Assembly (NCBI GenBank): GCA_002633005.1 | Contig: NMRA01000151.1 | Coordinates: 305,613-369,612 of the forward strand | DNA: 64,000 nt | Source of the DNA: Phoronis australis | Lineage: Eukaryota > Animalia > Phoronida | Reading direction: 5' to 3' | Shown here: positions 11,960 to 25,141 of the stretch, one piece after another | Layout of the letters: every line of letters begins with the position of its first letter | Numbering within the stretch: the stretch's first letter is position 1 | Notes under the pieces: generated by a model | What the model saw: the letters and a program-made list of their open reading frames with translations, nothing else | What the model was told of the DNA's origin: nothing | Databases searched by the model: none | Made by a program: the position numbers and the translations under genes

Positions 11960-12702
11960 TCGACAGATTCAACGCGCATGGGATAAAAAGGTATTTTGGC
12001 GGTTTTAATAATGACCAAGTGAGCTGGCCACTGAGACTATTGCAGTGTGGGCAACCAAAGTCTTCGATGTCCAACGACGTCCACAAGCTGTGCCACAACT
12101 CCTGCATAGTTATTTCGTTCCTCAGTGTTGGGGGGTAGACGGTCAACTCCCAGCCTATCTGTGTATTTACCTTTGTTGTTGAGCAGTTATTACAACCCCT
12201 AGTTTGCTTCTTTACGCGTTGGAGGGTACTAGCAACCTCAGACGATACATTATCAGCGTTGTGAGCAAGTGTGTCTTCGTGCCATTGGTTCAGTAACCAT
12301 TAGTAAAAACTCATGGGCATCCTGTTGACTTCCGTTGCCACGAGAGTTGTTCTGTTACCTTAGTTTATTCAAAATTTCAGACGGAGTTAATTTATACTTT
12401 TTGTTTGCTTCATACGTGTCCACAAGGATGGTTTTCATATTGTTTTTCTTGTTGATATTGTATTTGTGCCAGCTGAGGTTACATGAAAAGATAGCTTGGA
12501 GTGTAGAGTTCACAAAACACGTGTTTCCAACATTGCGAAGACCAGATCTTTTATCCTTTGTTGATTTTTCTTTTGTCTTCCTTAATATCGGGGATGACGA
12601 AGTAGCTGATTGTATAGGGTTCTCTGTTGAGTCATGATTGTGAATAGTTTCACCTCTTCTTTGCGTTTCAATCACTGACTTAGAAGGTTGTAGAGTTGCC
12701 AT
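11960..12702 (-). pseudogene. Intronless ubiquitin-specific protease (peptidase C19/UCH) domain, disrupted
   Basis: Cys box GLRNVGNTCFVNSTLQAIF; in frame past a stop QQDAHEFL, then after a frameshift WLLNQWHED; finger Cys pairs CNNC and CPHC; box-4-like LLKPPKYLFI. No His box found. Confidence 0.85.
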
Positions 12703-13590
12703 TCCGTAAATTGGTTGTTTTTGAAAAATTTATCGTATAGCTACATCTGAGAGCTGTCTGAGAGGCCGTTTGTTATTTTTGTTCTTTGATTTCTTTGGGG
12801 ACCTCGAGGAAATTCATTAGCTTCTTTAATGATTTGTAGATGAAGCCTCTACTGCCAACTTCAATAGGAACAGGACTGTTTGCCATCATGCGTTTTTACA
12901 TTCTTCGACGGGATTTGTGTATTTCATTCTTTTCCTCAGGTGTACTGATTCCATATTGTCTTCTGCTGGTATTGCAAGTTCTATTAAAACTGCTCCTTTT
13001 GCCTGAATTGACCATAACACAATGTCAGGTCTTTATGCCGAATCTGTTATTTCAGATGGGAACTTAAGAGGCGTTTCAGTACAGTCTTTTTAAAGATTAA
13101 AATTAAAATTAGTTTCATCGTTGGCCTTGGCCAGGAAGTGGGTCTGTTCTCTGAATTTCGGCGCTGTTCTGTTATTGCCGAAATACAAACCGTTCTTTGA
13201 CTTAAATCTGATTGCTGTTTCAGTTATAGGCTTCGGAGGGTTTTGAACTACTTCATTGATAGCATCAAATATTATTGCGAGGACTTGGTCATGTCGCCAA
13301 GTGTAGCGACCACTATTTAATGCTACTGTGCTGAGGATGTGGTGAAGTGTGCCTTTAGCTGTTCTGCAGAGGTTGCAACGTTCAGAAGGCGATTGTTTCC
13401 ATAAATGTAAATTTGCTGGTGTTGAAAGTACATAGATGCTCTATGTTTTTTAGTTGTCATGTTCTTGATGAATTTTCTATTATTGGTGTTATAACCCAAA
13501 CCTTTCCTGTCATTATGACTTCTTGAATTACAAATTTCATTCAGAACTATACCCCTTTCTCTCTTCGAGTTCTTTTATGCCATACCACCG
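12675..13590 (-). mobile_element. 5'-truncated RLE-type non-LTR retrotransposon (HERO/NeSL-like): zinc knuckle plus restriction-like endonuclease, disrupted
   Basis: Manual translation of the - strand: RKGLG; VLSTPANLHLWKQ...CNLC...GTLHHILS..ALNSGRYTWRHDQVL; FPSEITDSA*RPDIVLWS......LIELAIPAE; FPIEVGSRGF; ALRCSYTI. Confidence 0.88.
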
Positions 13591-16500
13591 TTTTGACGTG
13601 AAAAATTGTTTAACTTTACTCATATAAAGTTTCCTTGATTCAGTATAAAAAATTTGAATGGATTCGGTTGGTCAACTGCTGAGAAATTAGTTGTCAAAAC
13701 GTGGGGGCAGGGCAGAATATTAGCCAGGATTTTGCACATCAGACATTCGCATTCCGAACTGCCAAATGGAATCTGGGAGAAATTTACGGGGGGGGGCATG
13801 GCTCCCTTAACCCCCCTAAATCCGCTACTGGGTGGACAGACCCCCCAACTCCTCCTGCCATACTGCCACTGTAGATAGAGTTTATTTATGCATTTCGCAC
13901 ATGCCCAACTGAGTGCGTACGAGCACGTGAACTGCACGCGCCTCTTTTACAGTTCAAGGATCACAGTGTTACAAATAATATATGTGTTCTAGTCTCATAT
14001 CCGAACTAAAACCGGTTTGGAAATGTTTGCAAATCGGAACTTAAAGAATGTTGCCTGCATATGTAAGTACATTTATGTCCAATCTTGTAGTTTTCAGCAG
14101 AATATGACTAAACCATTGAACATTTTTCTGCCCTTTTCGTTCAACATGGTCGGACCATCCATACACGACTGTATCATTGTGATCTTCGGCATTCGAAAAC
14201 ATTTCCAACAAGATACTCAAAACTAAGTAATGCAATATAACATTGCAAGTTATTTTTGCTTATCAAATTCGGAAATGTTAGGCTACAATTTCTGAAACAT
14301 GATATGAGTAGGCTAGGACTTGCGCAGACGATTATAAGGGTGTCAGCTAGTGTTTGCACATGACGTCATCAATTCGGTCATCCTCCATGTTGGAGAACAA
14401 GCATTACAGTACTATGGTTCTGTTATCGTGAAGCAAAGACATATTTCTCTGCTGAATTCTCCTCAGAATTTACTCAGTAACATGATAAATATTCTTAAAT
14501 AGTTGTCTGCTCGAGCAGGGGTGATACAGTGGCGGATCTAGGATATAATAAGGGAAGGGGGTAACATTTTGTCTCGAGCAATTGCGGAGAGCACTATCGC
14601 TTGCGCGCACCCAGCCTGAAAGTAGGGCGGTCGAACCAAATTTTTTTTTTCGTTTTGAAACAATTCTCTAATACCACCGGGAAGATAATGCATCCTACTC
14701 AATAAAAATCGAAAAATTATCAAAATCGAGCCAAGCAGTGCATAGTTATTGCAATTTTTGTGGCGAAATTTGGGTCACTTGTTTGGATCGGTTCGGCCAT
14801 CTTGGACGACAGCGGAATAAGTTACGAGTTTAAAACTTAGTATAAATTATTTTCGCCAATAATTTACGGTAAAAATTAGGGAGACATATCTTTACTTACT
14901 ATTCTGCGCGATTCACTAGTTTTCACCAAATTTAAGCATCGCAGTTCTTACTTATTGAGTGATAAAAGTGCTGAGAATTCCCGTTGGACTTAGTCTCATT
15001 TCCGGCGGCACCGACAACATGGCGACTTTTGCTGAACTGAAAGGCATGTTCAACCGGCTACTTTGTAATTTATGAAGATTTAACGTTGATACATTTTGAC
15101 AAACGCTGCTACAAAAAAGGAACTCTGATCAATTTTCATGTTTTTGGGCAAAAAATATTAGGAATATTCTAATTATTTTACTGTGAATTTCCCATTCAGG
15201 TGATCTTACACTCGGCTAAAAAAAGTTGAAATATTTTTTGAAATGTTTTTTTTGTTTGACAGCCAACTGCTCTTCAAGGCTTGATTATGTACCACAAAAT
15301 GATTCATATTTCTCTGAATTTTGTGGCAAATTTGTGCTTTGAAGTCGTGTTTTGTAACTTGTTGCTTTCTTTCTTCAGGTTATCAACAGAAGGCAATAGT
15401 ATTATATGAAGAATCTTAATAAAAGAAATAGGCTATGTTGGATTGTGAATCTTCAAGCCTCCAATCCTTGTAACTTGCAACTTCATATTTTTTAAATCAT
15501 GGTTGTGGAATTCTGGTGTAAGGAAATACTAGTCAGTCGCCATGGTAATAGTTATGTGCATGCAAATTAGTAGTCAAGAAAATTTTGTGCAGTTGGATAC
15601 CATTTGTAATGCTTAATGATCTAAAGTACTGTGCATTCAAGGTTACTTATGCTAAAAGATTGGATCATTTTCGCTTACACATTATGGTTACTGTACCGAG
15701 ATTATTTCAGTTTTGACTGATGTAGGGTAGATATAACCCTCAACTACCTTGAAAGTCTTTCACTCTAGAAAATTGAAAGGTCACTTCCTTCGTACTCACC
15801 GCTTAAATAAAAAATGATAACATTTTGTATTGGACTTATCATCTTTGAGCTATATCAAGAAATGGAATTGAAAGAACGTACGCCAGGGATTAATTATCAT
15901 ATGAAAGAAGCAAAATTTTGGAGGGTTGATCAATCTTGTCAAAACTGAGGGTTTTTTGTCTAGTATCTTTTCTTGCCAGTGCCTTGGATGATCTGCTCAA
16001 TGAAGATGAAAATAAATTTGTGTCATGTTTGAGGAAGTTAATGATTATATCAGTGGCGTACATGTACATACGTAACAGCTATAGACTGTTGCCACTGCAT
16101 GGGTGGAACATAGAAAAAGTAGTTAGCCACAACACAATTACATGTAATGTGACTGTTTTTGACTGAGATAGAAATGAAGACCTCTTTTACATAAGATACG
16201 TTATCATCAAGGAAACTTTTTTCTCATCAGTACAAAACATGCATCTCATTTATTTTTCCAATCTTTTAGTTATCTCATAACTGAATCAGAAATAGTGAAA
16301 TCAGTCCTCAGCTTGGCACAGCAATTCATTACAATGCGACTTCATTTTGGCAGTACAGGGGAAGATGTACCACTGAAGAAGGCACCCCTTCAAGTGATCT
16401 AGCTGTACTGAAATAGAAAATCATTCAGTTGAAGGCACTGACACAAGCTTAAAAATCATAGTTAGTCATTTAAAATACTCCAGTAACTTGTTAAAATTCA

Positions 16501-16664
16501 TGAAAATTCACTTCCTAACTCTACTTGAAATGAAACTCTTTCACTGTGCAAAATGGCCCTAAAAATAGATATGATGTGATCAAAAGACACTGCATTATTT
16601 GTTTACTTGGCTGCCATGACAAATCACGTGGAAGTGGAAAAATCCACAGCTTTCATCAAACTTT

Positions 16665-17455
16665 GTATCTTTTGCGCACTCAACTCTGGTTACATTTGTA
16701 TTGCGATTGGTGCATTATTTAGAGGGGGTGGTGTACTCATAAAACCGGGCGAAAATTTTTCTTTTTTCTTGACGTAGAAATTTCCAATTAATTTTAAATT
16801 TTACAAAAAATAGGACTTCTAATAAAAATAAAAATTCTTCGTCAATATTCCAAAAATTTGACCATATTTTCGCACACAAATAACCTTCACACCCCTTCGT
16901 AAGGACTATCCTATGTGGGCAAACTAGGTCACTGCCGGTATGCCGTCCATTTTGGGTGGTTGGTGAATTTTGAGCTCAAGGTCGAAATTAAACGTCCCGT
17001 GGAGTATGAAAATGCAGATGAAGTCCCTGAAAAGATTTGGAGATAGTATACTGAGTGTTTCTGGACCTGTTAATGTGAGTTTTGTTTGATAGGTTAAATT
17101 TTCACGCGCGTTAAAATTTTTTAAACGTTGATGTTCAGCACGGCAAAATCACCGACACGCGGAAGTGACGTCACCAGCCAATATTTCAAAAGCGGTTTTA
17201 GATACACTCACATAACGCTTTTGCGCACGTCGGGGACATGTGACACTTGAATGCAGTTCAGTCCAATATTTTAAGGGGAGGTTGGCCTATAAAGAACCGG
17301 ACGAAGAATTTTGAAAAAAAAATTTTAACTTGTATTTATTTTGCTCTAAAGTTGAAATTTAACAAAATTTTTATGTTTAAGGACGAAATTAAAAATTCTT
17401 CGTCCGGAAAGTGAAAATTTGACCTTTCTTTTATATAAAAACATTTAATGCACCC
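16665..17455. repeat. Non-autonomous DNA-transposon-like repeat, with a related partial copy at about 18390-18845
   Basis: Both copies share ttttgcgc..ggttaca..gattggtgcattattta...ttccaaaaatttgac...ggagtatgaaaat...tcacgcgcgtt...cagcacggca; ggtgcatta near 16709 and taatgcacc near 17450 are inverted. Confidence 0.5.
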
Positions 17456-17791
17456 CCCCAGCTGGTGAATCCAACATGCGCAAAGAGCTGAAAAATGCCT
17501 ACTTGTCGGTGCCGCGGTTTCACGAGACTGGGATTCCTGAACCTGGACCTTCATTCAAAGGTGGAATTTCACACTTTAGTGGGCAGAGAGGTCAGACTCA
17601 TTTATTGTACGTTTAGAACGTTTATTTGAGAATCTGTTACTTTACTTTTTGTAGCTTAAGAATGTGAAGTTTAACTAATAAAAATTTTTGAAAATGGAAC
17701 TTGGTACATTGAAAATGACCCATCCAAAAACAAAATGGCCGACTTCGACCGCCCTACTGAAAGATAGGGGGTTCGAATTTCTGGACCTTCT

Positions 17792-18096
17792 CAGGGGCGG
17801 ATCCAGGATTTTGAGTTAGGGGGGGCAGGGCACAGGAATAACCAGAATTTCAGCAGATGCGCGCACCCACCCTAAAATGTAGGGATGTAGGGGTCTCGAA
17901 TTTTTGGCTTTGCGGACCTTTTGACTAAAAAAAACGGTAAATGGGGTTTGTTCAAGGCCTATGTATTGTTTATTCACGCCGAGCCCTGCCCCCTGGTTGC
18001 TCGCATATACTAGTCAGCAATTCGCACCCAAACTGCCAAATGCTATTTGGTAGAATTTCAGGTCTCCCTTGCCCCCCCCCCCTAAATCCGCCACTG
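17792..18096. mobile_element. MITE with CAG(G/T)GGCGGAT termini and 5-bp TSD (hAT5-like)
   Basis: caggggcggatcc...aaatccgccactg; TSD CTTCT at 17787-17791 and 18097-18101. Confidence 0.8.
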
Positions 18097-19927
18097 CTTC
18101 TACTAGAAGCAAATGGAGGACTAAAAAACCGGAAAACGGTTCCGATAAGGGATTTCCAATGCAAACCTGGACTAAAAACTCATAGGCATAAACTGTAATG
18201 TGTTCGACCACAGTCTGATAACCACTTATCTTGAGTTCGCACCGAAGGAGCAGAGAAATTGCCAAAAATAATATCGAGTTGTTTCGAGTGCCCAGGTTTT
18301 TTTTACTTACAATGTAAGGAATGTTCTATTTATTTTAAAGTGAACTGCAGCTGGAAATCCACAGACAGACTTCAAAAGCGTCAAACTTTATCTTTTGCGC
18401 CCCCAAGTCGGTTACACGTGTATAACGATTGGTGCATTATTTATAAGGGACGTTGGGGTCTCAAAATCGGACGAATTTTTATTTTCATTTTTATGTAGAA
18501 TTTTTTATTTACTTTGAAAGGTTACAAATAAGACTTGGTGAAAAAATAAAAATTCTTGGTCCGGATTCCAAAAATTTGACATTATTTTCATATGAAAAAC
18601 CTTCGTATCCCTTCATTGGCTCTATCAATGAGGCAAAGCTGTGCTGTCCGTTTTGCGTGTGGCGAATTTTAAACTCAAGTTCTAAAGCAAACGTTGGTGG
18701 AGTATGAAAATATAGTTAAGTCAGTGCAAACATTTGGAATTAGAAAACTGGGTGTTCCTGGATGTATAAAGTTGAGTTTTATTTCACAATTTAACTTATC
18801 ACGCGCGTTTAGCATTTTTCAGCTTGGATGTACAGCACGGCAGGACTAGTAGACGCTTCAGAAAGGTTTCTTGCGTACCTTCACCTGGCAATTTTATTTT
18901 TACGTTTACCACCTCATTTATATGTGTACTTTTTAAATGTAAAACGTGCAGAAGTGTAATTTGTCAGTAAATTTGGTGAAACTGACAAAATGTTGAAATT
19001 TAGAGTTCCTGTACAATGAATCATTTTTGATAAGAATATTGCTTCAGGAATTTTAACAGACACATTTAAAAATTGTTGGTGATGTTAAATTATCGAAATA
19101 GGTCAAAATAGCAGTAAAATGAGCTTTGTAAAAATCCTACCTTTAGTAACAATTACATGTAGCGGACCATTCAGATGTTTACACTAAATATGTGGAATTC
19201 AGGTTCTGAAGCTGTTTCAGATGAAAGAGTACGAGAAGAGTGGTGCCATTTTGTTCAAAAAGTATGATAAAGTAAGATTTGTGAAGAAATAGTAGGGAAA
19301 TGTAGCACAAAAGCAGACCTCAACATTAGATTAGTTTTCGCGGACTTTGACCAGAGATACTCAACCCATATCCCAATCAGGGCCAAAGAAAGGTAGCAAT
19401 TGAACAGAAATTTCCTTTTTGTGAAAACTCTGGCCCCCTCATCCACCAACAGTTTCCCCCTCCAGCCTCTCCACATTGAAGTAATCAACACAATCAACAC
19501 ACTTGAGGTGAGTCTCCATAAAGTTGTTTAATTCCATGTTCATCAAGACATTCAAGAGGCCCAAAAATGGAATACTGATCAACATTTACCAGGTTATTGG
19601 AGTTTTATTATGAACCCCCAAATTAATAATTTAAGCCAATTGCAGGTTTCAAATAATTCAATAGTATACAAATATGTCATAAGAATTGCTGTGAAGTTGA
19701 TTTTTGAAAAGTTAATGAATTATTGACGCCTTCTACTTGTTAATGGTGATGTTCATAGCAAATGCTGTTTTCAGTGATCTTTTTCTTAAAGGTTGAGTTG
19801 GTAACGAGATGTGTCTTTTAACATGTGTCTGATTTGATAAAAGCGGATGCAGTTCCATTAAACAACACTAGAAATATCTACCATACCCTAAGTTTATTAC
19901 GTTGTCCACATGCTTATATAGATTTTA

Positions 19928-21096
19928 CTCTGCGCTCGATTTGGCGACCTGCGTTTGATACTTGCAGTGGCGACTTGGAATTTTTACCAGGTCGCCTCTG
20001 CAAAAATCAAAATCAGATTAAAATTCCCTCTAAATTCGTTTCAAAGTACGTGTTGACTTCCAAACATTGAATTACGGTACTAACAGTTTATTATCTTTCA
20101 TTGTTCGGTTGATTTCGTGAAATTACGCATTTGCCGCCGCGCTTAAATTACGACAGGAAGTTAAGAGAAAGAATTTGGAATTGTTCGGTAAAATCAGAGC
20201 AGGTCGGCGGAATTCTCATCGCCAGCCCATGCTGTCTTTTGCGTCCTATGTTCGTTCCAGTTCCTGGGGCAAACGCAGTTCCTCAATATAACTTTTTACA
20301 CTAGCGACATTTAGCAAGCTGACGAAGTGTTACATGTGACTTATTTTGATTGAAAAACAGATCATAAACTCGCTCTTCCAGGCGTCGTTCGCCGCTTTCA
20401 CCCCTTAAAAGGAAAACATGTCATTGCCAAGTCTCCAATTGAACTCGCATGCATACGTGACACGACAAATGATGCGCTGAAAACTTACTAATTTTAGTAA
20501 TGCAGGCGGAGAGATTCGTGCTATATGAAAACGATTACTTTAAACTTGAGTTCATATTGCATCATGTTTGAGACGGCTCAACTCAGTTCAGGCGTGTGTT
20601 CATTAACGCTAGAGCCTAGGCTAGGACCTAGCTAAAATCTAGCCAAAGTCAGGTGATCTCATTTAAAATACACGGCAATATCTCACGTAATCTCGTAAAG
20701 TCTTGCTTTTTGGCGAGGTCCTAGCGTTACTGAACGGGAGGCTGTTTTATCCGCTCAGTAGTTTATATCCGCCGGAGCGGCTCACATCATGTCGCAAGTA
20801 TAAAAAGTTATTGAGTGACTTAGTCGCGTTTACGTCTCGGCAGGAGCACTTAGTTAGAAAATGAAGGTAAGCCTACACGTAGACATTAACGGGGGAAGTC
20901 GGAGGAGTTGGTGACGTTACGGCCATCCGACCTTTTTTGATCGACAAACTTTTCGGATATGAGGATACGAAACCTCAGAACTGATTTGGACGCCCGAGAT
21001 TTTCAGTTTTGGCGACCTCAGATTTCATTTAGCGAACTGGGATTTTCGCCAGGTCGCCAAGTGCGATTTGGCGTTTAGCTAAGTGCGGAGCGCTGT
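19928..21096. mobile_element. Probable old non-autonomous hAT-like element
   Basis: Clusters of ggcgacc/ggtcgcc subterminal motifs at both ends; degenerate inverted ends gcgctc...gagcgc; no TSD resolved. Confidence 0.4.
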
Positions 21097-21420
21097 AAAG
21101 CAAAAGAAACATCAATTGTGGAGTGATTTGTTGTGTCAGTTCACACAGTACCTGCCATTCAGGTTTTAATCTTAAATGTTGTTTTCAATTGTTCAGACCA
21201 AACGAAAAAGCAATGTAATCTTGGTTGCACTGCTGGCAGACAGGTTAACGAAAATTCTTCATTTACATTAAATTCAGTACAAAATGACCTTTAAAGGAAA
21301 CCAGTTTTGTTAAAATGCATTCTCAAATGATGCACTTTCAACGAGATATCAATTTTTACAAATGATCAAAAAAAAAAAAACGGACCGTCGCCGCACAAAT
21401 AAAAAAGTTCATGTTCGTTC

Positions 21421-21455
21421 AGCGTTTCGTCTATTCATTAGACATCATCAGGATA
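21421..21455 (-). ncRNA. Minimal hammerhead ribozyme motif (Penelope-type)
   Basis: - strand reads cCTGATGAt-gtcta-atgaa-tagac-GAAAcgct: conserved core boxes around a 5-bp stem II. Confidence 0.65.
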
Positions 21456-22180
21456 ATTATATACAAAAGACAGCAAGTGCCAACACACAGGTAACATCCA
21501 TGAAGTGAAGTAAGAGATAAGAGAATAATACTATGTACCTGGTCATCACCATAGTCGCAGGGTCACTGAGCTCTGCATGTTATTCAGAGAATCAGTAGCA
21601 TGCTGGTCCTGAATGGCCAATGACTCTTTAATATACAAAAATTCCTTGACAAGTTCTCTACAGATAATACTAATTAAATTGGCTTGGTAATTGTTGCTAA
21701 CACAATGCCTATAAATGTTGCTTTTCTCGGAGGTGTGATGTTCTTTCAGTAAACTTTCCAATATGCTCTGTAAACTGAAGTCATCCATCCCTTTATTAAA
21801 CAATAGAATGTTGTTTACAGGTTGAATGTAACAACTGTAAGGAATTCTATATCAGACTCACACAGAGACGCCTCTGTGACAGGCTGAAAGAATATCACAC
21901 CTCAGAGAAAAGCAACATATGTAGACATTGTGTTAGCAACAGTCACCAAGCCAATTCAGTTAGTATTATCTGTTGAGAACCTATCAAGGAATTGCTGTGC
22001 ATTAAAAAGTCATTGGCCATTCAGGACCAGCATGCTATTGATTCTCTGAATAACATGCAGAGCTCAGTGTCCCTGCAACTATGGTGATGACCAGCTACTT
22101 ACTATTCTCTGAATCTCTTACTTCACTTCATGGATGTTACCTGAGCTGTATGTTGGCACTTGTTGTCTTTTTTATATAAT

Positions 22181-22220
22181 TATCCTGATGATGTCTAATG
22201 AATAGACGAAACGTTGATTA
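22181..22220 (+). ncRNA. Minimal hammerhead ribozyme motif (Penelope-type)
   Basis: CTGATGA at 22185-22191, stem II gtcta/tagac, GAAA at 22208-22211 running into the palindrome aacgtt. Confidence 0.7.
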
Positions 22221-25141
22221 AACATGAACATTTTATTTGTGCGGCGATTGTCCGGTTTTTAATCTTACTATGACCAGAAACTGATGTAATTACAGATGAT
22301 CAGAACGTAGAATGCAACTATTCGTAATTCTAGGCTAATTGACTGATGATATTCTCTGAATTTTTTTATTTTTCCATACCTTGAAACATTTATGTGAAAA
22401 ACACTCCGACGCATGCAAGCGCATAAAATAAAACAGCATAGTTTGATAGTTGTCTTTTTAACAGAAACCTATTTGTCAATTTTCATGAAAATCCATTGGT
22501 AAATTTTGAATAGAGACAAACGCAAAAATTGGCTTTAGGGGGCACAGTAGTATCCAAATCGACTCAAGACTCGTTATCATTTGTCGTCAGCTCCGTAGCA
22601 GCAAGTCTGCTAAATTTAGTAAAATTCATTCAAAGGTTAAAGCGCAGATTAGGCCATGGACGCAAAAATCGCGAATAGTCGAACCCGTCCGAAAATCAAC
22701 GTCAGCCGCGGTCTTCTCATCAGAGACACATTTGCAAATTTTCATAATAATCATACTCAACACGTTGATCAGGTTCTTGTTCTGTGAAACTTCTCAACTT
22801 ATTTATCTCGAGTCCGAGGCCATTTTTATGGTCCTCAGTTGACGGCAAGATTCGCCCACTGTTGTCGACAACATTTGCATTGCCGCCATGGCACCTTCAG
22901 TTAAGGGTCGCTCAGCCTCCGGTTGCATTATCCCAGTTGTCCAAGATATCTGATTTTGAAGTTTGACCCCTGTTTTTTTGGAGCCGTGTAGAAACTGAGT
23001 TTAACTTGGACACAACTTGTACAAAATTAGTCATCAATTCTGTAAATATGTAGAGAATTTGAGAAAAAAAGTTACAGAGTATTTTTCAATGTCATTACAC
23101 CCTGCGCATGTGCGTTTTCAAGTGACCATAAACGATCCATTCTGCATGTTTTTGAATCTGGGCCCCCTAAGACGTCTTGATGAAAGCCCCTAAGGATAAA
23201 TCCGGCAATGATAGTTGACAAATGCTGTCTCAATTGTTCTCGTTTTGGCATATTTGCCTTGCCTTTGTTTTCGTTCGACTGCCCTTATCCCCCAGCCATA
23301 CCCATTGGCGGTAGCCACGGAGGTTTCAGCCACAACAGCTGAAAATTATAGGCGGCACGTATCTTCTTGGTTCCCCCACTTCTTGCGTCCTTATTTAAGG
23401 GGAAGGAGAGCTGCCTCATAACTTCTTGGATGGAAAGCGCAGGCCCCACCCCTTGCCCTCTTTCTACCAAGTCCTTGGAACGTCTGTGGTTTTGTATGTA
23501 ATTGCGACTTCACTGAATTGTTGTGTTCTTCACATTTCAGCGTATCTAAGCGTGATACTTTACGTGCAGCAAGTAAGCGAAGTATGTTGCAGTAAGTTCG
23601 TGTTACACATCAAAACTAACAACTTTTATAACTAGTAATAGAGACTTCCAGGTAATCTGTTTTGATGGGGAAAAACGTACGGATACCCTGTGATGTATCC
23701 AATTATTTCGGATCACTTAGAAGTGCGCTTTCTTGACTTCAAAATGGATAACTAAGTCTCTACTATCTAAATTTTGGCTAGATTCCGAGAGAAAATATTA
23801 CACGTGTAGTAAGTGTCCTAGTTGATCGTGGCCGTCAACAGAGTGCGTATAGTTTTGACATGTCAAGTCAAGAAAAATATAATGCAGTCGGCGTGTATCC
23901 AAAACATTCTACGCTGATGATTCCGCAAACTTATATTGGTCTTTTTCACAACATAAAAATACACTGCAATCTTAAGAACCCGTCTCTCCGCTGAACTTTT
24001 GGACACGTAACTATTACTAAATGTCCATTAAATGCGAAGGAGAGCGCTGAACTGATATAGGTCATTCGCATAAACAATAAACTATTTGACGTTTAATGTA
24101 TAAGTAAATGCATTGATAAGACTGTTTTCAAATAAAATGCAACTGTGGTCATGAGTGTATGAAATTTTGCGCGTTGGTCATTAAAAAGGATATACGTAAT
24201 CTGTTCTACTACCATAAACTCAGTTTAAGGGTTTATTTCCTTGTTAGGATAGACGTCTTGATGTTACCAGTGTTGAAAGTTGTTAAACAGGAAAATATGT
24301 TGTGCTTTTATTTATTTTATTATAAATCGGTTATACCTAGCAAAGCTTCCAGTCAAGATAAAGCTTCATATCAGCCTGTTTATCTGGCTAAAGAACGAAA
24401 ATCGAATTCGTTGTTTTACTCTCATTGTGATACAATTCTATTTCTGTCGCTAACTCAAGTCACAGGCAATGCGTTCGTGCGTCATTTTCGAATTCGCGAT
24501 TTCAGGGTTGACCAACCCCAGTAAGGGTTTTGTTTATTGGATTATTATTTTGAAGTTTTCGTTGGTAAATTTTATTTGAGAGAAATAAATGCGATGCTAT
24601 TGATAAAATTACGGTGCTGCGAGTTCAAGGTGATCGTGGGGCAAGACGACTTATTAGACTTCTGATACCCAGATATTGCCACTTTCATGCATTAAAAGAG
24701 TTTTGCATTTACACCTGGCTTGCGGTCTTGAAGAAACTCTCAAGATGAATATTTGCGTGTTTGGTGTTACTGCACTCCAGTTATAGAATTTTAACTTCAT
24801 GTCCTCGTTTACCGTAAATGAGCTCAGGGCACATTTCTGTGTCTTAATGCTATCGCTGAACCCACAGTATCAACACAACGTCATCTGAAGCCAACACAGC
24901 AATCGGTCGTAGTGCGTGATATTCCCAAATTCTATCGTCCAGGTTACCACCCATGATCGGCTTACCGCCCACCCCCTGTTTTTTAGATTCACAATTTAAG
25001 CGCCCTGGGCGGTAACCCGGACGAGTACGGTAGTGTACAGGAGCTTCGAGGCGCTTTCAGTCGAAGCTTGTGCTAACAACACATAAAATCTCATGCGTGC
25101 ACCCGCGGGAGGGTGAATGAGCCCCCCTTGGGCGAAATGGA

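Larger units (their letters stand above)
21380..22260. mobile_element. Penelope-like element remnant: GIY-YIG C-terminus plus 3' region, with an inverted partial copy
   Basis: + copy about 21758-22260 encodes, with frameshifts, a VVYRL..CNNC..FYI.LTQRRL.DRL.E motif and ...KESLAIQDQHA.DSLNNMQSSVSLQLW*; 21380-21750 is a reverse-complement copy of its last ~370 bp. Confidence 0.85.

Noticed and set aside
11600-11960. Search for the USP His box (GHY...W...D) downstream of box 4
   Set aside because: No convincing match in the - strand frames I translated; the domain appears truncated, so no active enzyme is claimed.
23215-23421. Hydrophobic short ORF as the signal-peptide exon of the Ig gene
   Set aside because: Non-ATG start in that frame and no convincing in-phase donor.
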